This document shows positions 53,601 through 64,000 of a DNA stretch of 64,000 nucleotides, piece after piece. The translations under genes were made by a program, and so were the position numbers. Origin of the DNA: Blasia pusilla (lineage: Eukaryota); the NCBI GenBank assembly GCA_050084515.1, contig CM114271.1:14570001-14634000 (forward strand). The letters run 5' to 3'. Under the pieces are notes generated by a model. It searched no databases and was not told the DNA's origin. It saw nothing but the letters and a program-made list of their open reading frames with translations. Every line of letters starts with the position of its first letter. The first letter of the stretch is position 1.

Positions 53601-53858
53601 ATCTGGGCCCATTTGGAGTCTATTTGAGGAAGTGATTTCTTATTATATTCCAATGAATCTTGGTTTGGCCTATTAGAGTCCCCATCTCCTTTATTCATCC
53701 TTCTTTAATGGGAAATAATCAATTAATTATCCTTTCTTATATACTCCACTCTTCTTGTTTCTGTTTCTATCTCAATTTGTATTTGCATTAGACCATGTTT
53801 GCTTGTGTTTTGCATTCTTGAAATTGATTATTCACACTTTAACACTTTATTCAGTTAT

Positions 53859-54411
53859 TAACAAAAATTTAATAACTGAAACAATTAACTAATTTCCTAG
53901 CTTCCAATGTGAACCAATGGAGGATTTCTATGTTCTTTGGCCATAAATGTTGACTTCCATAATTTTTTTAACTAGCATATGCATACTTGTGCACATAAGA
54001 GGGATATAAATTCCTCAAAAAATCTTAACTTGTTAGAAAATATATCAAAAGGGAAATAAGATATATAAGTCCTACTCAATTGTAGAAAACTTTAAAGAAA
54101 GAAGAAAGAGAAAATTTGTTACATACAAAAAGACTTATGTTGCTAGAGGAACAAATTTTCTCTTTCTTCTTTCGTTAAAGTTTTCTACAATTGAGTAGGA
54201 CTTATATATCTTATTTCCCTTTTGATGTATTTTCTAACAAGTTAAGATTTTTTGAGGAATTTTTATCCCTCCTATGTGCACAAGTATGCATATGCTAGTT
54301 AAAAAAACTATGGAAGTCAACATCTATGGCCAAAGAACATAGAAATCCTCCATTGGTTCACATTGGAAGCTAGGAAATTAGTTAAATTTTTTAGTTATTA
54401 AATTTTTGTTA
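53859..54411. repeat. Near-perfect inverted repeat (262-bp arms, 29-nt loop)
   Basis: 53859-54120 is the reverse complement of 54150-54411 with only a few mismatches. Confidence 0.95.
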
Positions 54412-56284
54412 GTATGCTTACTTGGTAGGAGTAGTCAAATTGTAACGGCTTGAGAGCAACTTGGAGACCTAGATACATTATTCATGTGTATTTTCCTCCT
54501 AAGAACAAGTTTACCTTTTTTTTTGTTTGGAATTATGGATTAGAAAGGCATGTTTTAAGTTGCATACATAAGGACATTTGAAGCCATGTCAAAATAAAAT
54601 TTTAGGTATCTTTTGAGGTACTCATTTCCCCTATCCAAGCATTTATTCCAACTGAAAAGTATGGATAGTGAATTGGCTAATATATATCATGAATTGATGA
54701 ATAATGGTTTGCAATGTTTGATAAGTGATTGAGTAGAATGCTATCCTTTCACTTTCAGCCATGGATTTCTTTGTAAACCTCTAAGAATTTTCCATCATCT
54801 ATTGATCCAACCCTTGTACAAACAAGTTTATTGTCTAAACGATTTATTGAGAGGAGAGGAGAAAAGAGACTAGATCAAACCAGTTCAAGGGATTTAATAC
54901 AAATTCCTTCGATTGTGCCATTTGAGGCAAGGCATTATGATGGATAATCATAGATCTCATGCATTCAAGAAGTAGTAGGATTCTTCAGAATAACTCTCAT
55001 CAAGCTGCAGGTTCCATCCATACCTATTTTTTCATGGAATTTTAAAATTTAAAATCTATGTTATTAAACGAGAAAAGGGGAATTTTTTTCAAAGAGGAAA
55101 TGTGAAATATCATATTATCCCTTACGGAAAGAAAAGAAGATTATTAGGTAAATAAAACCGGTGACTACTTATAAATGGGACACATTATGAGATCATTTCT
55201 ATTGCAATTGAAAGAAATTAGTTTATTTAATTTAAGAAGAAAAATTTATAATAAACCAAGCTTCATAGCAAAATGATCAAATACTTCTTATCTTTCCTAG
55301 AGTTTGAATATTTTAGAATAAAGTTTACATGAAGTCAAAATTTAGTAAAACGAAATAGTTAAAGAAAGAGCAACACTAGACATAATTACTTATTCCCTTA
55401 AAACTTAACATAAGTTAATGGGATGCCAATGCTTTGCATTATGATATAGTGCCAACCTCACATTATATGCTAAACTATATGGAGTTGTTTGGGATGCATC
55501 AATCACGAGGTAATCAATCTTACAGTTTGTTGTCGACGGATTCACGTTAAGGACCTGGTCCCATGCGGTCGAGGTCGTCAGGACCCGGCCCCAAGGTCGC
55601 GGATGTTTGTTGGGATGATCGTTATCTAATGATCGACATTGTTGGGAACTCACTAAAATTCGTGCCCTTCGACACGAAGTTGGCGACCCTTTTACAACTA
55701 TTTCCTACCAACCGGAGCAGGCCGCATGGGACCGGCTAATAAGTACGAGTAGACTCAAGCCTCAGGACCTTGGGCTCATCTCAACTCGTGGACTGGTGGC
55801 AACATAAGGAAGGTTATTATCGGGACAGCATAAGGTAAGTGCGTGCAAGTTCGACGAAGGACGGAAAAGAGCGACTCATTGAGAGGGTAATCTTCTTTTC
55901 TGATCTTGCGTAGTATTGTAATCAAAAGATAAGATACGCTTTAACCGACAACAACGAGCATATTCACTTAGAAGTATCCATAAGTTCATAACTCACTCAC
56001 TGCGCAAAATTCGCTTCTTGTGCTATATTTATTTAGAATCTTATGTTCGTGGGAAGAAATAGAAAGATAATCTCATAATGGCCGCTCTGAGCTTCCAATT
56101 GGTGGAGGTACGGCGGACGCAGAATGGAACCCGCAATTATTGGCCGCTACCGAAATAGCGTAGAAGCGTTGTGTTTAGTGGAAGCGGCCTGCAGTCCTGC
56201 ACCACTTCCGCCACGCAACGCAACGTAACGGAACGGAACGGGAAAGAGAAAACCGGTCTGAAATAGATCGACGGTGTTTGGAAG

Positions 56285-56510
56285 TCAGTTTCTGACATGA
56301 GGCCGCCTTCCTTCTGAGAATACAGCGCCCACAAAACTCCCATCCAGTGTGATGCATCCATCCATCCTCCTGCTGCTGCCCCAGGAACTGCATGCTGCCC
56401 TGCACCTGCAGGATTTCAGGGGAGGGATGTTCGGAACAGGGGCGAGTACCTCGTGAGTGACGGACGACCTGGTGGGTAGATCTTGCGTACGTACCCAGTC
56501 CCTCCACGGA
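56285..56510 (-). pseudogene. Possible F-box gene remnant
   Basis: A frame absent from the ORF track reads WVRTQDLPTRSSVTHEVLAPVPNIPPLKSCRCRAACSSW, resembling the F-box consensus W..LP....EIL..LP......CR.VCK.W. It ends in a stop soon after. Confidence 0.4.
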
Positions 56511-57439
56511 GGACGGATCGGCGAAGCCCATCCGTTGCTGGATAACTCTCGTGTGCTTCACGGCAGCGCCTCTGCATCGTCCCGCGACGCTAGTTGGTAT
56601 GTATGTATGAGTATGACTTGGTAGGGTCAGGACTGTGGCCTTGAGAGAACGGCCTGATCCCATGCATGGAGGGTCGTGAGTTTTTCTGCGCCCAAAGCTT
56701 TCGGCGCAGAAAAACTCTACGGTCGCCGCGACCCTGCATGCACGGGATCAGGCCCTAAATACGCGTTCCCTAGACCAGGTCCGCGCAGAGACTTCCTGCA
56801 AAGATCGAAGGACCATTGGTCAGATTCTGCCACCCGTACTTGCCAACCAACCATCTTATAGTTCTGTAGGCTAGAGCATACCCATGTCCGGGGAGAACCG
56901 AGGTTACGTGTTGAGCTTGATGGTAGAAATTGAGAATTTCCGAATCAGTTCGTCATTTACGGGCCAAAAACCGAGGGTTCAGAGAGGGTGTCCTTTGTAT
57001 TCGTATGTGTTTAGCCGGCCGGAATGATGAAAACTTCAAAAATTTCCGCTCGGTTTTGTAGAGACCGGAAATGTACCGGTTGTCACGAAAAAACTCCCGG
57101 ACCTTGGAGCATACCAACCAGACTAGTAAACGCTTCCGGGTATCCGGTGGCAGGAAGGAGGGGATGCTCCGACGTCTCGCAAGTCCATAGCTATGAAGTG
57201 GCGTGGCCGTAAGATTGGGTTTCTTACCGAGGGAACCCACTCCGTATACAGCCTCCCAAAAGCCTATCCGAACTGGTTCCAAACTATTCAAGGAATGCCC
57301 ATAAATGGAAGGTTTCCTCGTTGTCATAGTACCCATTTTGTAAAAATATATCCACTTTATTATAAAATAAATCTGGTAATAATGACTCAAAAGAGGAGTC
57401 AAAAAATGCATAAGAGAATGCAAAAGAAAATGGCAACAA

Positions 57440-60400
57440 GCCAATTCAAACACAGGTTTAACGAGTTACACGATTGATAACCTGAAACAAATCTGACAAA
57501 AACACGAGTGGTTGGTCAGACGTGAATGGACGACGAGGCGAGCGACTCCCCACCACCTCCGCACGACGTATCAATGCCAAGGCTTGTGCACGTTGTAAGG
57601 CCACTGAGATGCATTGCCGAAAATAAGTAGTAACTATCGAGAGAAAAGGACTACGGAAGGGGCAAGTTGATGATTCTCGAGGGAGTGGTGAGCACATGTT
57701 TTCAGGAAAGTATCAAAAGACACATGTAAATGACCGAATACTTCCATTGCAAATGGAATAAATCCATCAGTCGCATGTCTCACAACATAACTTAACTCCT
57801 TGATTCTTGCTGCAGCTTCGGCCGCCAAACCTTTGGTATGTGCGGCTCGACACACCAAGTCAGAACGTGTTGGATCAGCAACCACCACATCACCTAATGT
57901 TTGGAATCCACCTCGAAACATAACAAGATCCACTCTCCGACGAGAGGTTGCTTGTGTGGTTGAAGGTAGGACGTGGAGTTGCTCTTGCCCAACGGTGTAT
58001 CCTGGTGTACGAGCCACCGATGCTACCGCCTCTCTAATGACATTATGTGTGGCCGTTCGTTCTCCACCATGTGCACATCGGAGAATATGGATACCCTTGG
58101 CATCAATGGGATCCCTGCGTACACAATTCGGCACACATAAGAGAGAAGGATGGGGAAGTCCAAGATATAACCGCAAAGTTGTCGAGAATATACTTCGAGG
58201 AAGACGAAATGGAAGAATAAGAAGATTTGCAGTAAGCCACGCCCCCGCTCCGGTACCCTCACATGAACGTAGACGAGCTCGATTAGCGTCAGAGGATGCC
58301 TCGGAGAGAATGCTCAAAAAGTTGATTTGATATAGATTCTCGGAGATATGCTGTTGAAGTCGATCAAGCCCTTCCATAATCACTTCATTGAAAGGGGGTA
58401 GAATTGCTTATGTATCAAGAGGAGAAGAGCTCGTGCAGATCTCAGTTGTTGTTGAAATAACAAGTCCCCCTCCTCTACATGGGCGATATGATCCATCAAG
58501 ATAGGTGTATCTCCTTGGAGAAACCTTGAAGCCATAATCGGTGCTACCAACACCCAACTCCCAACTCCCCAAAAAGGCTGCGGGAGCAGATGCGACTGTG
58601 GAGGACAGTCACACCCCTCTAAAAGAAATAGGCAAGATAGCTTGTCGTGAAGCAAAGACACCATCCTCTCCCTCAAAGGTATTCGGGCCAAGAAGTTGAC
58701 CAAAAGTTGCCAAGATAGAAGCATCAAAAGAGGCCAACCGATGTAAGAACCTTGAAGTGGCAGGACAAGTGCGAAGAAGGTAGGAAGGATGTTGTAGACA
58801 ACATTGGGAGAGAATCCCATAAGCCAATTGGGAATCCCCTAGATAAGATAACAAATGAAGCCATTCCACGTCTTTCAAAAGGGCCTCATCCAAGAACTTT
58901 GAGACATAGTGGATGAAGCCAATTGGGACCCCAAGAACTCTAACCCCTTCAATGTAGATGGGAAAATCAGGAGTAGGTGGGGCATGAAGGAGACCATACT
59001 CCACATTTATTAGGTTGGACTTTAAGGTTTAAGAAAGAGAGTTGCTCCACGAAATGGGTATAAGCAGGAACCACTTCAGAAGGAGGACCTATAATGTGAG
59101 TGTCATCAGCAAAAGAAGGGAAAAGACAAGATGAAAATTCTTGCGTTGATGCTCGAAGGGCACAAAAATGGGCAATGGCAAAGACTGGGCCATCCATGGG
59201 ATCACCTTGACGTGTGCCACAAGCCGATTGTAGAATACTATATTCCCCAGAAGTAGCATGATGGGAATAGATAATGGGCGCATCATAGGCATAGAAGGAG
59301 CGAATAAATAGAATGAGGCTCGTGAGTTGTCCTCCTACAGAACGTAACTCCTAAAAGATGGCTGCACGAGAAACTGAATTGAATGTGTTAGCCACATCGA
59401 CTTGAATTGCTACCCAATCTGGATGAATATTAAGAGTGGAGTGAATTCCATTCACCACAACCTCACAACCTCCAGGATTTGCCACTCCAAATTGATGATG
59501 AAATAAGTGGGCACTAAAGTGAGGACGAAATTGCAAGCATAGGGATCGACTAACCAAGCGGTATAAAACCTCTCCAATAGCCAAAGGGCGCACACCTGAA
59601 GGAGGCTTATCCATAGCCAACAAACGACAAGCCCCTAAGAGCCTAGAGATAGAGAATGGGAGACGACTTGCCGCCATATGTGCACACACCTTATATAGAG
59701 AGACAAAGCCACTTGCTGAATCTGCTAGGATAAAGCAATTGCGAAGATGCTAAAAAACCATCCCTCATAGCCCGCTTGCTGATAAGCGAGGAGTATGCAG
59801 AAAAGCCCTTGTGAAAAGCTCCAAGTCAAGGTCCGTTGTATAGTCTTCCACAAAAGGTGGAGCATCGCCACTTGAAGGAGGATGAAGAGCTTCTAAGAGA
59901 GCCATATTTTCCGCACTTGGAACCATCGGAGAAAGAGGACCCAATGCTCGAGTTGCACGTGAAAACTCACCAACCTGCCCCAAAAGTAGATTTCGTTGAA
60001 GGCATTATTGTATTGAAGGCCTCCCATGATTGGCATGTTGAGTGGGATGAGCCGCAGCGAAGGCCTCTGCTCGAAGTACATGCTCATTCTGAAGATTCTT
60101 CCAATCCCCAGACATAAAGCGTTGAATACATGTGGAGGTTTCACGATGACCCGTTGCACCACCCCTTGGAGAGAGGACTAAAACCCATTGTGGGAAGAGT
60201 AATAGGAGATACCAAGAATTTATATCTGTGGGGTCATGCGCTAACCTTTCTAATGGGAAAAGCAAAGCTTGTTGGGTGATGGGGCATAGAGCAATAGGCA
60301 TGCGAGTGTAGAGTCTAGGATGAGGAAGACCTGGATGGAAAGAGCGAAGGAGATCAATTTGGCTTAACCAAGTCCAAGAAGTTGTTGTAGGAGTGCAATA

Positions 60401-60950
60401 GGAGGTGGTATCGGGTTAGGGATTGAAGGCCCATGCATGGATCGACAGTACTGCTGATGTCTTTTGATCCCATTAGGAGTAAACTCCTTACCACAAGGTA
60501 TGCAACGAACCTTTGGTACAAATGGAGAAGTAGAAGGGTTACAAGGAGAGGAGGTAGGAGGTGCAAGAGGTGGTGATGGCCGACGATGAGGGGGTAAGTA
60601 GGTTGGGGAAGGAGGAGGAGGAAGAGGGGAGATTCAGGTAGAATAGATGGGAGTTGGAAGCAAGGGCATAGATGAGATATGTGGGGATGGCAAAGTAGAA
60701 GGATTCGGTAATAATGGATTAAGATTAGGCTCAATAGGACAAGGCAAAGAAGGGAGAAGAGGAGAATCCGAAAGAAATGTAGCGAGTGTAATGGGTGTAT
60801 TAGCATTTGGAGGAAAATGGCGAGATCTACGATGAGGAGGTGAACCAGGGGGAGAGGTTACGGTTGTAGGAGGGCGTGTAAAACCAGATAAGCGAGTAGA
60901 TGGAGAATCCAACTCCATCTCTGATGACATATAAGTAAAGGTAGGCAAGT
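57440..60950 (-). mobile_element. Non-LTR retrotransposon with restriction-like endonuclease (CRE-clade-like), pseudogenised single ORF
   Basis: N-terminal Zn finger CIPCGKEFTPNGIKRHQQYC. RT motifs VRPLAIGEVLYRL, HQFGV..PGGCE, DVANTFNSVSR, QGDP and FADD. C-terminal Cys/His motif C...HILRC..GGE...HN and RLE core RRVDLV...DVVV...K...Y...FIPFAMEVFG. Confidence 0.85.
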
Positions 60951-62779
60951 CATCGAAGACACGAAAAGACATATGAAATGTGGTTTGGAGAAAGCATGAA
61001 GATAATGAGCAAAGCAAAAGTAGTGGAATCCGTCCAAAAGAAATTTAGATGGAGAGATGAAGATTAGGCAATACCGAATTTATGATTGAAAGTTACTATA
61101 AGAAAAATATAAAAGGCAATTGAAAGGGAAAAGTGATCTATATGGTATCGGAAGAGGTGGCTCAAGAATCTGGCCTTAAGAAGATAGCAAACGTATGTAG
61201 GGGCGAAACAGTAAGGTAAGGAGTTGAAAGAGCAAGGAAGACTTTTGGGAGGAATTTACCTAAAAAATACTTGTACACAAAAATAGGCGCCTACATATAA
61301 GGAAGAAAAACTAGAAAACCTACTTGATATCAAAAGAACGAGCTCGTTCCAATGTTTGAAACAAGCCCAAACACGTCCAAAATCGACATTCTTGAAGAAA
61401 GTTATGAAAGAAATTGGAAACACTAAAAAAGAGGATGTGAGGAGTAAGTGATCCACCCACCAATGACCGCTATGAGGGAATGAGTTCGTAATGTTGGGCC
61501 AAGTCCGTATCAAAAGATCCAAAAAAGCAAGTTGAATCCCTTAAACCAATGGTAACCCGATATCACTTTATAACGAGAGCTATATGTTTGAAATTTCGTA
61601 AAGGAATATGTGAGCACATTTACGCGAGAAGGAGGTAAATAAGGTCAAAAAAGAAAATTGAAAAAATCCGGGGACTGTCAGACAGGGCCCCGGTCCCCGC
61701 TCAAGATGAGTGCTCTCCTATTCTTACTTCTATTGAAAGAGTCTAGGATCACAAAAAAGACCAAGATCCAAAGATCCCAAGAACTTTGGAAAACTCAATT
61801 TTAAGTGGAAAAAAGAAGAACCCAAAGTTCAAGCTTGAGAAGATGAACACATTGGGCCTTAGATTGAAAAGATTGGATCACTATGGAAATAGTTACAAGC
61901 AAAATTTTATACGTCCCTCCATCTCCTCCGCCATAATCCTCCTCCTCCATGTCCTCTCCATAATGGAGAAAAACAACTAAGCTATCAAAAAACCAATATT
62001 ATTTTTTTAATGATCAATTTTCTTATTTTTTATATATCATACGATGCTATGTGGTAGTTAATTTTGTATTTAGTGGGGAGGATGTCCCTGCTTAGCCATA
62101 CAACCTCCACCATAATGAAGCATCTCGGTGGAGATGCTCTTAGTATATATATAACAATGTTTCAGTTGTGTTACATTGGACCAATAACTATCTTGTTTAA
62201 ATTTTCATTTTTTTTTTCTTGTTTGTGTAACCACAATCTTATAAGTGATGCTTGTATAAGTGGGGTGCCTAAGTCACAGATGCTAGCAAATGGAAAAGTT
62301 ATCTTTGTTCAATAATATAGATATTTATTTCCATAGAAATTATATTTTGGGTTATCATGTCAAGTAATACACTACTTTTATATTTCTTCATACAAAGAAC
62401 ATGATATTTTAAACTTGTATTACGATAAAAATTCAGTAAAAAAATTTAAAAAAATAAAGAATTCTTCTTTCCCTCGTTTAGCGTCACTTCCCCATTGGAA
62501 AAAAAAATCCTCCTTCCACCATCTTCCTATCTCCTATGATCATTATTCTAACTAGTTCTGCTTGTACGATTGAACTTTTACATTTCAAATTAAAGGTGAA
62601 GAGTAATAGTTTTTATAACGAGTTTCTTGAGATAACATAATGAAGAACCTAATTTCTAAAAGATAATGCACCGGGATGATAAAAGTAATATCTAAGGATA
62701 TTAGAAATTTTATCTTCTTTGATAAAAAGAAAATAAAATTATTTGTTTGGACTTTTATCATATGGAACCATAGTAGTTG

Positions 62780-63955
62780 TCTAGCTCCTATCACCTACTT
62801 GTACTAATGACATATATAATTGGCCATAAGATAAGATATGACATGCAATTCTTATGAGTCAAATGAAGATTCCATCACTTAGGTATCAAGAATATATTCT
62901 TAGATAGAGATATTCATAAAGACATGTACGTGATTCAACCATATAGATATAAGTATCCAAAGTTTCCATTTCGTATTTGCGCAATGAAAATAGTCTAATT
63001 TAATAGGCTCAAGAAATCTCTAAGAGCTTGGTTAGATAAGATAAGACATATATTGTAAGAGTTTATGTTTACAATATTGTAAGAGTTTATTCTGACTTTT
63101 CACTATATGTCTTAAGAGGAAATAATCACACAATTGTGATTATTTTGTATGGTGATGACCTCTTAATATGGATATGGTGTAACAACTAAAAATATATAAA
63201 GGATATGATATAACAACTAAAATTTTAATATGAAGGATCCGAGAGAGCTCAAATACTTCCATGATGTTGAATGTATTAAAGTTAGCGAAAGCATCTGCTA
63301 ATCACAATGATCTTCTTTACACATATTCTCCAAATATGGTATGATGATTTTTGAGCCAATATCTAAAATTTGGGAACATAATATAAAGTTGAAGTTGATG
63401 AAGAAGATTTTTTTGCAAATTCCAACATATTTGAATGACTGGTAAAATTTTGAATTTTTTTGACTATTATGAAGTCAAAATTGACCTATGCAATTGGCTT
63501 GGTGAATCTTATACGAACGTCTCATTATCCTCATGTTAATATTTTGAGAAGGATTATGTGGTATATGGAGTTCTCTCTTTTGTTTAGGCTTTAATTTAAA
63601 GCTTCTTTGAGTTAAAACTTTTAGGAATTCCCATATGTTGACTGGGCAATAAGTGTGTTTGATAGGCACTTTACACTCTAGGTCTTTGATCACTGTGGAA
63701 AGAGCTATATTCAACTAGAATTCAAAGAACTAACATAAAATTCCTTTGTACACGTTTCATTAATGAATTATGTGAGATAATATGGCTTTATTAATTAATT
63801 GTTGAGAATTACGTTGTGAAGGTTAATTAATTAACCAGGGTGAGTTAATTAGAATTAATTTGACTAGATATAATAGTTACGACTATGGCTTCTTGTATCT
63901 ACCCTCTATGATTGAGGAGGGTAGCATTCTCCACTTATTTTCTCCATGGTGATGC
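62780..63955 (+). mobile_element. Highly decayed Copia RT fragment plus LTR remnant related to the 20347-25646 element
   Basis: CCAAAGTTTCCATTTCGTATT and GGTGATGACCTCTTAAT match the Copia RT at 24190-24390. 63900-63955 (ACCCTCTATGATTGAGGAGGG...TTCTCCATGGTGATG) matches the LTR core. Confidence 0.75.
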
Positions 63956-64000
63956 GACAATGAGAAGGTTGCATTTGGATAAAGTCAGTATCATTTGGAG

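Noticed and set aside
55531-55690. Possible short LTR (TGTCGA...TCGACA) followed by a TGGCGACC PBS-like motif
   Set aside because: No second LTR, TSD or internal domain found.

Overview
This is eukaryotic, repeat-rich DNA from a land plant, most likely a bryophyte (probably a moss; inferred from gene and transposon content). It holds one intact host gene, a 9-exon DHHC protein S-acyltransferase (PAT22-like, minus strand, 35884-41528), surrounded by nested transposons. The first ~19 kb contains two methyltransferase-carrying mobile elements, one inside the other. (1) A decayed Ty3/Gypsy retrotransposon has a complete C5-cytosine DNA methyltransferase domain between protease and RT. A second, older copy at 50450-53600 keeps the same DNMT-RT junction. 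(2) A 12.5 kb Mutator-like DNA transposon (6271-18823, TSD CCTCAGGA) is inserted in the Gypsy gag. It encodes a GCM-like/DDE transposase and, divergently, a ParB-like + N6/N4 amino-methyltransferase gene. That gene sits behind two MSA boxes and a TATA box, and the element's introns and spacers carry arrays of a 27-bp palindrome. The window also has a full-length Copia element, a CRE-like RLE non-LTR retrotransposon, Helitron, Copia and F-box remnants, and a 553-bp fold-back. All transposon ORFs are pseudogenised. Domain calls come from reading motifs by eye, not from database searches.
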